A stretch of DNA of 64,000 nt from Amoebidium appalachense (lineage: Eukaryota; Protista; Ichthyosporea), in the NCBI GenBank assembly GCA_963693365.1, contig CAVNZM010000016.1, forward strand, positions 4,119,957-4,183,956, given 5' to 3'. Positions 22,464 to 36,173 of this stretch are shown one piece after another. The translations under genes were made by a program, and so were the position numbers. Position 1 is the stretch's first letter, and every line of letters begins with the position of its first letter. The notes beneath the pieces were generated by a model. That model did not search any database and was not told where the DNA came from. It was given only the letters and a program-made list of their open reading frames with translations.

Positions 22464-24188
22464 GCACACGCATATGCACACACTTGCACGCACACCCACA
22501 CCCACACCCACACCCACACCCACCCCCACACCCACACCCACACGCACAAACACGCACATACTCAAATACACACAACACATTCACATAACCCTCCCCCCCC
22601 CCCCCCCCCCCCCCTCCCCCCCCCCCCCCCCGGCCCCTTCCTTTTTTACAGTCAACGATTTGCAGCCGAACACGAGTCTGTCCGTGAGCTCGAAGCGCAA
22701 GGTGACGATAAAATAGCTTTGAATGTCGGCGGGCAAACCTTTGCCACCACCCGCCAAACACTATGCGCCGTTCCAGGCTCCATATGCTGGCCGCCTGGTT
22801 CAGCGGCCGCCACGCCATTCGCACGTGCGAAGACGGCAGCGTGTTTATCGACCGATCACCTGTGCTCTTTGAGTATGTGCTTGATTTCCTGAGCATCGCC
22901 CGCTTGTTCCCGAGGGCGAAAACGCCAAAGACAGGCTGCAGGAAGAGTGCGAGTATTACGGGCTGCCGTGGCAGGCGAGGGAGCCTCCAAATCCTATTGT
23001 TGAGGCGATGAGCCGGGAGCTGGAATGCATTACCATTGATGCAAAGTGGGCCAACTCTCAGTATGCAATATTTGATGATACCGTTCAAGTTACTTGCTGC
23101 TTGTGGCCAGAGTACGACCGAGTGTTGGTGCGGTCCACGGATCAGAGAAAATCGCTCACGCTTTGGGACGCTTCCACTGGGCATCTGATATACACGTGGC
23201 CTAAAGTGGATCCTGAACACAAAGAGCTCCTGTACATGGGGAGTAATTTCCTGAGCAGGGGGGTTCTTGTTGCTGCAATTTACCACACGGCGGGTTGGGG
23301 GGAGAATGCCACTTCAACGGTGGTACTGCGAAGCCCCGTTGACGCGGCTGTGGTGGCGACGGTCGTTTTGCCCAAAACCTGTGTGGAATTTGCCTGGAGC
23401 TGTTGTAAGGGTAGTGTCCAATGTGACGTTTTCGTCAATGTTTGAGCTTTCTGCGCATTTGGTTGAGACAGGAGAAGTGTTGTGGAGAAAACAATCGGCT
23501 GGTTATGAAATAGGCCCGATTCTGTCCGATGACACGCCGGAAAAATATGGGATTGTCGTGCATAGCGTGCAAGACTCCGGATGGGCAAGGCTTAGCACCA
23601 GAACATGTTTCAGTGCGATTACGGGCTTTGGAATGTACAAAGTGGACGAGCCAGATTTACCTAGTCGAAGATGGGCCGAAATGGACTTTCAAGAGCGTGT
23701 ATGTCCAGCGAAAAGAACGCTCTGATTCCGTGGAATCTGTTCGGTACTGCGCTTTGGGCAAAGATCCTGACCGTTTACGCGCTGTAGTCACGGTTCCAAC
23801 GACAGAACTTGACGGTATGGTGGATACGTTGGTGTTGACGAGATACGCGAGGGACACAGACTCTACCATCGGCTTTTGCGCGGCGGATGCGCTGTATACA
23901 CGCGCACGGTCCGACGGTTCCGAATCGCCCGGAGGTCCGAACACTTACCTTTTCCCGTTGCGGTATCCTACCCCAGACACAGCGGCGGTGGATAAGATTG
24001 TTGGCTTGACTCTTGGGGACAGCGCGTGGTGGGAGGGGGTTCAGAGTTACGACTGCAGAGGCGAAATGGTCGGGGCGGTGGGGAGCGATGGACGGATAAA
24101 ACTGTGGAGGCCAAAGAAAGAAGCTGGTGCTGATGGTGCACGTGCCACGGACACTGGTAGTGTCAAGCGCAGGCGGGTTGACAGTTAA
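19962..24188 (+). pseudogene. Coiled-coil + BTB/POZ (KCTD/T1-type) + WD40-like protein gene with about 5 frameshifts
   Basis: Exons 19962-20044, 20163-20323 and 22652-24188. The BTB motifs IALNVGGQTFATTRQTL, MLAAWFSGR, VFIDRSPVLFEYVLDFL and LQEECEYYGL are split across frames. WD-like motifs LTLWDASTG and GSDGRIKLW. Frameshifts near 20280, 22783, 22892, ~23400 and ~23715. Confidence 0.75.
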
Positions 24189-24681
24189 AATATGTGGGTA
24201 CGAAGATCTATTCTCTTTGATGTGTTCTGTTATTGTGTTTGTACATAATGTTGTTTAAATGATACACAAAAAGCACATTTTTCGTATCAATTAGACCCTT
24301 CTTCCATGCCTGAACAGTTTGCATAAGTGTATATATATATATGTAATGACTGTCTAGAGCTGCTCATGGCCTGTAGTAGTTGTTATTCTAGCACTGGATT
24401 AATATTTTAGAACAGTACACTGTGCCGTTGCGTTCTTCTGCTGTACATCACTGGCGTTGAGAGGAAAATACAGAGCCATTGTGTACACTTTGTCAAATAA
24501 ATAATACATTGTGTATAATGGAACAGCACTGTGACCGACTCTTCAATAGAATTTCAGGACTACACTAAGCGTGGCCCATGGGCACTAGTAGCCTGATTCT
24601 TGGCCACACCACTCACCTGCCATACCCAACTAATAGTATCCCGTGCCCGGGCCACTACACAAACACACACACACACACCGT

Positions 24682-24891
<210 letters not shown>

Positions 24892-25033
24892 CCCCCCCCC
24901 CCCCCCCCCCCTCCATCCATCCATCCCCACCCCACCCTCCCCGCCGCTTAAGCTCCTTCCCCATTCCCCCTGTTCTCCACGCCCAAAACACACACACACC
25001 CCTCCCCTTCTCCCCCCCCTGTGGCACACCTAC

Positions 25034-25096
<63 letters not shown>

Positions 25097-25104
25097 CACA
25101 CACG

Positions 25105-25182
<78 letters not shown>

Positions 25183-25200
25183 ACACACACACACACACAC

Positions 25201-25790
25201 TAATTAATCATTATGCCAATGTAAAAAACAAATACGGCAATGTGCAAGGTCATGGTGCGACACTACAAAACACATGATACTATCCCCCCCTAATTTATAA
25301 TTTTACCGTAACGACGCATCTATCACTGATAATGTTAATTCCGCTGTGCCTGCTCACGATCACAGCGTCATTAATAAACAGCAAAACCAGCGCCGTTATA
25401 TGCCTAGTCAGCTAACCCTTCAGACACTTCAACCCATTACCAAACCACCAGAAAACGGCCCGGTTTGCCTTACCCATATGGTTCACAAGAAAAAAGGTTT
25501 TGGGGGGTGGGTGGGTGTGGTGCCACGGGGGGGGAGGGGGGAGGGGGTTGGGCGGGGGGGGGGGGGGGGGGGGGGGCTTTTACATCAAATCTACACTCCA
25601 TAATCGGATTACTTGGTGTACCCTACTGCGTGCCTGGGCAGGCTGAAGTATATCCTCGTACTTATTGCTAAGAAAGGAAAAAACAGAAGCTTAAGCGTCC
25701 GTTGTAGAAAAAAACAAAACCTTCCTTGTCGGATATGTGCCACCAGCCGTTGAAAACGGACTTTAGGACGCAGCCGTGTTCATAGTGTGT
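25201..25790 (+). repeat. ~590-bp repeat, inverted near-identical copy of 31388-31948 (transposon-end-like sequence)
   Basis: The reverse complement of 31388-31948 matches with few mismatches. The ORFs 25346..25603(+) and 31529..31804(-) translate almost identically. Confidence 0.92.
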
Positions 25791-25931
25791 GTGCGTGTGT
25801 GGGTGTGCGTGTGCGTGCGTGAATGCACGGCAGGCACCCTAACATTCCCCTTGAGTTGGAAGTTCGTGTTGTGTGGACATCCCTTTAAGCTTTTACACTC
25901 TACAGACAAAGTGTACCGTATGGTGTGTGTG

Positions 25932-26010
<79 letters not shown>

Positions 26011-26073
26011 TCGTGCGTGCGTGCGTGTGTGCGTGCATGTGTGCGTGCGTTAACCTTTTGTGTGTGATGATGG

Positions 26074-26119
<46 letters not shown>

Positions 26120-26231
26120 AAGTGTTGGTGCATTATCTTTTTCTTATCTTGCCCAGAGCCTCAAACTTAGTAAAGGCTTATTTATTGCCACCATGCACGT
26201 GACATACACAGACCCCCCCCCCCCCCCCCCC

Positions 26232-26278
<47 letters not shown>

Positions 26279-26837
26279 ACACCGCCAAGCAAAGACTCCC
26301 CCCCCCCCGGAGTAACCAATTGCCATCGCTGGTAGCAGCGTCGGTGACGTATAATCGGCTTGGTATCCATAGTGATCAGGCGGCCCTGTAGTTCTAAGAG
26401 TAGTGGTCACATGATGACCGAGGTGCTTTACTGTGGTATGTAATGTGTCGTGAGTTATGTGTAATGTAATTAGTTTAGAATCCCATCGACCGGTCGGCCT
26501 TGTATGACGGGGTCAAGGCTAATAACCAACCGCAATTTCGTCCAGTGGACGATTTGTGGTGGTAACGCTCACGAATTCTGCGGCGAGATCCGCTGCAAAT
26601 TAAAGGTTAAGGCACCTAATAAAGGGCAGAAAACACAAAAAGACTCCCCCCCCACAGTCACGGTGACCACCATCATGATGTACATCTTGCACCATCCCTG
26701 CCCCCTCCCCTTAGTAATTACTGCGCGACTGTCTGGTGTGAGGACTTTCACGTATATTTATCATCTACGAAAGCTGCACATGTCCCCCCCTGGCCCCCCC
26801 TCCCTCCCCCTCTTCTAACACGTGCATCGGGGGCTGT

Positions 26838-26870
<33 letters not shown>

Positions 26871-27329
26871 CGGGGAGGGGACCGAATCACGATCGGCTGC
26901 ACATGATTATCATCTGTTGTCGCGAACCCGGGAGACAAGAGCTTCAATTTTTAATCATAGAGCCTCACGATGCCTGAAAAAATATGCTGTATGCCTCTGC
27001 AGGTTATTTGCAGGCTAACATTCTATACTAGAGGGAGACTGCAATCAACATTTTTAAATAATATATGTACATACAAGTATACAAATGAATGATTGCTCAT
27101 TAGACACAACTAGAAAACAACACTGTAATAAATTAATTACTCAACCAGGCTCAGCCCGATTCCTTTCATTAACGGTATCAAGTCTGCTCAGAACAAAGCC
27201 TCGCCAGCCAGGGCCTGGCTGAGCAAAGACGTACAACCTTATAGAAGTACACATACGACGATATGAAGTTAAACAATAAGCACACACCGGAACATCCGGC
27301 GATGATACCCATCTGAAAATAGCCATGAT

Positions 27330-30300
27330 ATCTCCCCATTGCTACCCTACTTGCTGGCCCCCTTGCAGCCTGGACGTGGGATGGGGCCGCCTCCTGCCAC
27401 ATGTCTTCCTTCAAGGGGGATTTTGTGTCTCTGACCCCCATGGTTCCACCTGCCCGCGTGCGCGTTGGTGGCGGTGTGATAGAGGCTACGGCTAGTGGTA
27501 TTGTCCGTGTGGATGCCTGGCACAACGGCAAACAACACAGGCTGCTTCTACAGACCTGGTATGTGCCGAAATTGGGCGCCCGTTTGTTTTCTGCCCCAAT
27601 GGCCGCTCGCAGCGAAAAGGGTGAACACCAGCCTGGCGTGTGTTCAACTCTAGTGAACACGTGGGTGGTGGACGCATGCGCGATACCAGCAAGGTGCTAG
27701 CCATGACGGCAGCAGCTAGTGCTCTGGCCAGCACCACCACCAGCGGCAGCAACAGTGATGGCACCGGCATGACCGAGCCCATCTACTATGTAGCCGACGT
27801 GCCCATACCAAATTCGCTGAGGGAGGCATGTGCGTCATCTTTTGCACCACAGTGGGAGGAGGCCATGCATGCAGAGCTAGCCAAGCTGGACAAGTACGGC
27901 ACCTCCTCACTAGTAGACCCCCCTCCAGGCTGCAAGCCAACCAAAGAGCGATGGGTGTATGACGTCAAGACCAACGCCAACAACGCAGTTATCCGGTTCC
28001 GGGCCCGCCTAGTGGCTAAGGGATACACCCAGAGGCCGGGTCTGGACTACACCGAGACCTTCTGCTCCACCGCCAACCCCGCCACAACACGCTACATCAT
28101 CGCGCTTGCTGCTGAGCTCGGCCACCACCTATGCTACTTCGATGTGGACAGCGCATTCCTCAACGCGCCACTGCAGGAGGAGATCTACATGTGCCAGCCT
28201 GAGGGTTTCGTCATACCAGGCAAGGAGGGAATGGTGTGCATTTTGCACAAGGCCATCTACGGGCTCAAGCAGGCAGCACACGAGTGGATGGAGACTTTTG
28301 CTGCCGGCCTGCGCACCATTGGCTGGGTGCGCACCGAGGCCGACCCCTCCCTCTTCACCCGCGGGCCAGACAGCCCGGGCACCAACAAGCAGCTTATGGT
28401 GGTGCACATTGACGACATGGTGTGCAAGGTAACTACCGAGGAGGATGGCAACTTGCTGGAGCAGGAGCTCTCGGGCATCTTCCACATCAAGAAGGGTGGC
28501 AGCAGTTTTGTGGGGGTGGAGATCAACAAACTGAGCACTGGCGCCATCAAGATCCATCAAGCCCCCTACGCACAACAGGTGCTCGAGCGCTACGGCATGG
28601 CTGACTGCAAGCCTGTGGACACACCCATGACACTGGATAAGCTCAGCAAGACCCAGTGCCCAGCAACCCGGGAGGAGGTGGCAGCAATGGCCACCGATGC
28701 AGCTGTGTACCAGGCCATTGTCGGCAGCCTGATGTATCTGGCCGTGTGGACCCGCCCGGACATTGCCGCCCCTGTGAGCGTGCTTGCGCGATTTCTCGGC
28801 AACCCCCGGGCAGGCCCACCTTGCCGCCGCCAAACGTGTGCTGCGCTACATCAAGGGCACCATTGACCACGGCATCACCTACCGCCGGTCCACCAGCGCG
28901 GACACCAAGGGGCAGGTTGTTTGTTACGTGGATGCTGATTGGGCGGGAAACCCAGACAACCGCCGCTCAACGACAGGTGTGGTGTTTCTTGCTGCTAGGG
29001 GTGCCATTTTGTGGGCATCCAAGCTGCAGACCGTGGTGGCAGACAGCACCGCAGAGGCCGAGTATGTGAGCGCAGCCCGTGCTACCAAGGAGGCCCTGTG
29101 GTTGCGCAAACTGACGACCGCCTGCGGCTTCCCTCCTATTAGCCCGACCATCCTGCACGAGGACAACCAGGCCTGCATCAAGATAGCCAAGAACCCCGAG
29201 CTGTTCAACCGCACGAAGCGTATCGACATCAAGTACCACCTCACTCGCCACCACGTCCGTCGCGGCGACATTTGGTTTGTGTACGTGCCGACCAATGAGC
29301 AGGCGGCAGACATGCTCACCAAAGCACTCGGGGGTGCAGCTCTCAACAACTGCAAGAAAGATGGTGGGCATGGACACGTGCGACAAGTCATCGCGCAAGG
29401 TGCAGAAGAAGTGAGTGAATATTCGTGAATATGCAACAAGGGGTGCGAGTGATTGTGTTTTCGTTAATATTTATTCGCTAATTTCTATTGGGGCACATTT
29501 ATTCGCTAAATTTTGTGTTGCAGTATTTCGTGCCCTAATGTTGTAAGGGGTGTGCCAGAATATACAACAATAGTGCTCGAGTTGGCATGTGTATTTCGCA
29601 CGCACGTGCACAGCACGATTCTTCATTAGTTGCACATCTTTGGTTTACACAGGTTGCACGAGCACATAGCATACATAGTTAGGTACGATCGTTTATTTGT
29701 GCTTTATTTCCCTTTATTTCATAAGCATGTCCGGCATGCTCTTGTTTGCCCTCTGTTATTCATTAGGCACGTGTGGTATTCATAGTTTGTTTAGCTATTG
29801 GCGATAGCGAGAGGAAAGCACGCATCCGACGATTGTTGTGCATGCTTTTCATGTTTTCTGTGTAGTCGGGTGTTTTGTCTGCGGTTGGACCGTATGAGGG
29901 GAATGCAGTTTGATTTCCGTTCATGTACGTGTCGTTATATGATTGGTCAGATTTATAGTATTCATAGTATTTGCCAATCAGATGCGCAAATACCTTTGGA
30001 TAGATCTGTATTCATGGAATCTGCCTGCGGCAGATAAATAGGTGAGAATCGAGCATAATAAATTAGACGTAGGTTGACAGAACATGCAACTGTGTTTCTA
30101 CCTCTCCACACTACCCTCTCTGTTAGTGCTGTGGCATCGTGCATTGCCCAGCACCACTCTGCACGTGTGTATGTCTGTTAGTTTAGTGGCCTGATCACCC
30201 ACGTATACTCTCATTCATATGCATGTGTGCCCAGGTACGTGTTAGTTGTAGTGTGTACACTCTGCTAGTCAGGCGAGAATAGTAGGGACTTTTGCCGTAA

Positions 30301-30360
30301 GTCAGCACTTTTCTTGCACCCCCCCCCCCTCCCCACTTGGCGCAAGATCAAGGTTCTACA
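27330..30360 (+). mobile_element. Ty1/copia LTR retrotransposon remnant (protease, RT, RNase H, probable 3' LTR). No gag, integrase or 5' LTR seen.
   Basis: Protease-like WTWDGAASCHM..WYVPKLGARLFS (~27370-27600). RT motifs RFRARLVAKGYTQRPGLDYTETF, FDVDSAFLNA, KAIYGLKQA, VHIDDM. RNase H motifs YVDADWAG, STAEAEYV, EDNQAC, KRIDIKYH, ADMLTK. Frameshift at ~28805. Purine tract AAGGGG at 29545-29550 followed by TG. The LTR end point is a guess. Confidence 0.9.
27640..29428 (+). pseudogene. Copia pol RT-RNase H region, one frameshift
   Basis: ORFs 27640..28866 and 28784..29428 overlap at a C-run (aacccccggg, ~28801-28810). Confidence 0.9.
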
Positions 30361-30721
30361 ATCATTAATGTACCGCATATGCAACTTTGCCGTCATGTAT
30401 GTGCTATCCTTTTGCTTAATGTAGCTGTCTCTGTGCCTTTTCTACTTTCAGCTGTATGACTCGGCATAGCCCCCCTCTACCCTCGCCCCCTTCCCTTTTT
30501 CTACCCCCCCCCCCCCCTTTCCCCTTCCCATACCCCCCCCCCCCCCCCCCCTTTCTTTGGCACTCACCTTTGTTGACGTGTGTTAGGGATGTGTGTGAGT
30601 TCCAAGGCATATTTAAGTCCCCTCAATCAGCTAATATTTAATACTCTCCACGTATGCAGAATTGTGTGTGCAAGCTCAGACAACACCCCACTCCCTCCCC
30701 TTCCCTTCCCCCCCTCCCCCC

Positions 30722-30754
<33 letters not shown>

Positions 30755-30956
30755 ACACACACACACCACCACCACCACCACCACCACCACACACACACAC
30801 ACATACGCACCGACACAATCAGCCCACTACTTGCACCACACGCCTTTTCAAAAACTCAAAAACAGCAACATATACACACTAAACCGTGGCGCGCCCCCTC
30901 CCCATCGGCGCCACCACCACCACCACTACCACCACTACCAACCTAAACACACACCG

Positions 30957-31058
<102 letters not shown>

Positions 31059-31257
31059 GGGCACCTGTACACATGCACGGTGTGCACACGCACATGCACA
31101 CACGCGCGCGGACACACACGCACACACACACGTCCGCGCACACGCAGGCACGCAGGCACGCCCGATACAAAATGAAGTACAAACAGGTATACACATTGAC
31201 ATCATAATAACACATGCGCGCACACACGCACAGGCACGCACGCATAGACATGCGCGC

Positions 31258-31331
<74 letters not shown>

Positions 31332-32243
31332 ACACACGCATACATGCACGCACCGACGTGACGCACGCACGCACGCACACACACACACACTATGACCACG
31401 GCTGCGTCCTAAAGTCCGTTTTCAACGGCTGGTGGCACATATCCGACAAGGAAGGTTTTGTTTTTTTCTACAACGGACACTTAAGCTTCTGTTTTTTCCT
31501 TTCTTAGCAATAAGTACGAAGATATACTTCAGCTTGCCCAGGCACGCAGTAGGGTACACCAAGTAATCCGATTATGGAGTGTAGATTTGATGTAAAAGCT
31601 CCCCCCCCCCCCTCTCCCCCCCCGTGGCACCACACACACACACACCCCGAACCCTTTTTTCTTGTGAACCATATGGGTAAGGCAAACCGGGCCGTTTTCT
31701 GGTGGTTTGGTAATGGGTTGAAGTGTCTGAAGGCTTAGCCGACTAGGTATATAACGGCGCTGGTTTTGCTGTCTATTAATGACGCTGTGATCGTGAGCAG
31801 GCACAGCGGAATTAACATTATCAGTGAAAGATGCGTCGTTACGGTAAACATTTTAAATTTGGGGGGGATAGTATCATGTGTTTTGTAGTGTTGCACCATG
31901 ACCTTGCACATTGCCGTATTTGCTTTTTACATTGGCATAATAATTAATAAATATTCAAGCTTTTATTATGATTTATATACACTGTTGTGATTAATTTCCT
32001 ATGACCCTAATAAGTTACTTCAATGCACCCCTATCCATGCAGGTCTATCTTACATCAGACCCCTTACTTGTGCCATATCCAAGTCCAATATAGAGTGTAC
32101 CGATAGTCTTACATCAGATACCCTTACGTGTGCTATCCGCTATGACAAAGGGCTGAATTTATCAACAAGCACGTACGTTGCCTCACACGTACTGACGGTG
32201 TGCACGCGCTGCGATGAACTTTACGTTCGCTGTCCGATTTTTC

Positions 32244-32268
32244 CCTACCACCTACTGAGGCGGTGTCT

Positions 32269-32303
<35 letters not shown>

Positions 32304-32437
32304 AAAAGGACCGCCTAAGTAGATGTAAAAAACGTCGCACGTGCGGCAACACGTCCGTACTTGTTAGGATTTTTCCCTAACACGTACTGACGTGTTGCCG
32401 CACGTGCGACGTTTTTACATCTACTTAGGCGGCTTAA

Positions 32438-32473
<36 letters not shown>

Positions 32474-32498
32474 AGACACCGCCTCAGTAGGTGGTAGG
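32244..32498. repeat. 255-bp near-perfect palindrome with a 7-nt loop (ATTTTTC)
   Basis: Arms 32244-32368 and 32376-32498 are reverse complements, including a matching T-run and A-run. Confidence 0.95.
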
Positions 32499-33669
32499 AT
32501 TTTTCCTTACACTCTCGCGACCGCGTGCATGCTTTCTGTCGCGGCGCCTCGACGGTTCGATAGAGTCCAGTGTTCGCTGAATGTGTAAGGAAAAATAAGG
32601 AGCCATCTCAGTAGGTGGCAGGTACGTTGCTTTATATCGGTTAGTTTCCTGTCGCCCCCTCTCTGCCTATCCTTAACCGCTATTCCTCATCTAAAAAACT
32701 TTTCCTTGACATTTTCGGCTTCCTAACTACCTTTTGATGCTCCCAATTCTGAATGCTGAGCACACCTGCTACGGCGGACATCCGGCTCCATAACGAATTC
32801 GTGTCGGCGGTTATCGCCTGCCTTGTGTGGACAGGTATGTTTGTGGGTGCGTGTGGGTTTGCAGCATCTTTTACACCCCTGCATGAGCTTGTGTATGCCA
32901 TGGTTTTTGTGGTCTGAGAGTGTCTCAGCGGTTGTGTGTGTGCTTGTGTTGGCTGTGCTTGTGCTTGTGTGGTGGGTGTTGTGGGTGTGGGTACCTGCGT
33001 GTAAATGCTTTTCTTTTGAGTGTACCGGCATGCAAACATATTCACGGTACGTTGTCAAGGTATAGGATTAGAGGTCACAAGAGCATATTTTGGCTTTTTT
33101 TGCTCTGGGTTTCTTCGTTAGTTTAGTTTGTATTGATGCATTTCAATTCCCTTGTGGTGTTCGTCATGGTAATATGTTGCCTGTGTTTTGTCTGCGCAGA
33201 TCCCCCCCCCCTCCCCCCCCCCCCCCCCCTCCCCTTCCCCTCATCCTCGCGCCCCCTTTTATCCTTTCCTTCCGCCTTCCTCCCCTCACTGGGAGAAAGA
33301 GAGCCCAAAATGAATAGCTGTGGACGAGCATGCGGTTAACAAACACACAATCTGCACACTCAAGTGTTGCTCTTTATTCTCAAAGGAGCTGTCTTACCGT
33401 CCTTCACCCTGAGTAACCGCCTCCCGATCCCCCCCCCTCCCCCCCCCCCCCTCCCCCCCCCCCCAAAAAAAAAAAAAGAACGAAAGAAAGAAAAGAAAAG
33501 AAAAAACGCCCTTATATGCACCACACATAGTTATGCACAAACACAGTGTTATGTTAACACACACATGCATGCACAACAAGCCCCCCCCCCCCCCCCCCAC
33601 CCACCCACCCACCCACCCACCCTCCCCCTGCTCCCCCCCCCCCCCACCCACCCACCCACCCACCCACCC

Positions 33670-33709
<40 letters not shown>

Positions 33710-33812
33710 CACACCAAAGCACACACATGCTCACACAGGCACAAACAAACGCAACAACAGCACACACACACACACGTATGTATACATAGAGGTGCAGCAC
33801 GTGTACTTACGT

Positions 33813-33852
<40 letters not shown>

Positions 33853-34015
33853 ACATACACACACGCATGCATGCACGCACACACGCAGGGACGCGCACGC
33901 ACTCACGCACATGCGCTCATACGTGTGCGCACCCACGAGCACACATGCACACACACACAAGCACATGCGCACACGCACACACGCTCGCACACATGCAGAC
34001 GCACGACACACACAC

Positions 34016-34092
<77 letters not shown>

Positions 34093-35592
34093 CACCATGG
34101 GTAGATGGTGGGAACAGGCTGGTGGGTGGCTCTGCTGAGGGCTGCCTTCCCGTCTGATCAACACACTGCCCCCAGCAACAACGGTGCAGACACCCACCCC
34201 CTCTTCCCCCACCATACCCCTCAGCCTCTCAGCTCGTACTCGTAGAGGAGAAAGGCAGGGCGGAGACATTATGAATAGACACACTTACATATTATCAACC
34301 CCCCCTCCCCCCCCCCAACACACACACACACACGCACACACACACGGACACACACACAACCTTTTGTCTTTGATTGATCTTGCCATGTTGATGTATTTGG
34401 ATTTGAGCTATATTTGCTGGTAGCCTTGTGTCCCTTTTGTCTTGACACCCCCCCCCCCCCCCCCCCCCCCAATCTCTCCCCTTAAAAGAAAAAGTAACCC
34501 AATCACCCACCCACCCACCCACCCCCAAACACACACACCCATATATATGATTACAAATCACCCGCACACTGCTCGTGAGTACATCCATCTCACGTTTCTC
34601 TGTCTGCAGGCATGTTTCTTCGGTGGGTTCTTCACCCATGCACACACCCGTGTGGCCGCCGGGGCTATTTTTAGGCAAATGCACTCCTTGAACACACTAA
34701 CAGGTGCGCTGTCTGTTCATGTGCACTAATAACGCACTATGGACACGCGAACTTGAACCCACACACACATGCATGCACACACGCACACACACGCACACAC
34801 GCACACACACACACACCCAAAAGAGAAAAAAGAAAAAGAAAAAACACACACAAACACCGGTATAAACACATTGACACGGAGGTATACATGTTCCCTCATC
34901 CATTCAAGTACACACTGACCTGCACACTTGCTTACTTACTCAAATGGCACGTCTATATACACAAATGTGCACCGATAATACACAAGTACACAGAGTTTAA
35001 TACCCAGGTTGCCGAGTACCATTAATGCGGACAACATATAGAGCTCCCCCCCCCTCCCCCCCCCCCCCCCCCCCCCCCCGTTGGGGCCCCGTCCGCCTGG
35101 GTCAAATGCCCCCAAACACATTCATAGTTCTGCTCTGGCCATGCTCCCTTACATTCTTTCTCGCAGGCCACCTAACCAATCATATGCGGTCATCCGGCCC
35201 CATCAACCAATCATTGTCCATCTCCACACTTGTACACCGAACCTCCGCTGCTTTCATGAGGGTATGCCTGGAGAGTTCCCCCCCCCCCCCCCCCCCCCCC
35301 CCCACCCACCCATCCACCCACCCACCCACCCACAAACCTACACACACACACACAGCCGCCGCGGCAACCACCACCCCAAGCCATCCACCTCACCTGACTC
35401 ACTCATTTCATTCCTGAGTACATACACTGCACTTGGCAATAGGTACCGCTATAGGGTTTGGCCGGACAAGCACATACTATCAGTACCACACTCACTAGGG
35501 CACGTGTAGATGCCCAAGGTGCTTGCGTACAATCCCCTTCGCCCCGTTGTCCGTCATGAATATGCACCTCCTCCTCTTTCAAACATTCTTAG

Positions 35593-35623
<31 letters not shown>

Positions 35624-35859
35624 TGGCCACCGACCCCACCCCACCTCACCCCTCTCCACTCACAGACTCACACAGACACCCAACATACATCTGAATTAAC
35701 TTGTGTATGCATTCGCGCGCTTAACACACAAATACACAAACATACATGGCCTCAAATAAAACCACATGCAAACACACAGAGGCACAACCAAACATGCATA
35801 AAAAACACAGACGTTCCCCGACACAACACATATACACCTGTTTGCGCGAGTGCGCGCGT

Positions 35860-35896
<37 letters not shown>

Positions 35897-36116
35897 TACA
35901 TATACACAAACACACGCACACACACACACACACACACAAGCACACACACACAGAGTTGGAGAGAGAGAGGGACAGAGGGAGAAAATGAGAGAGAGAGATA
36001 AACACACACAGAGAGAGAGAGAGGGAGAGGGAGAGAGACAAGTATGTGTGCCCGCGCGCACACACACGCACACGCCCTCACACACACACAGAGAAAGGGA
36101 GCGACACACACACACA

Positions 36117-36173
<57 letters not shown>

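Noticed and set aside
26495-26565. Hammerhead-ribozyme-like GTCC-act-GGAC-GAAA on the minus strand with a nearby hairpin
   Set aside because: The required CUGANGA core is missing upstream of the stem.
28129-29439. Antisense ORFs over the copia pol region
   Set aside because: Shadow ORFs of GC-rich coding sequence with no recognisable motifs.
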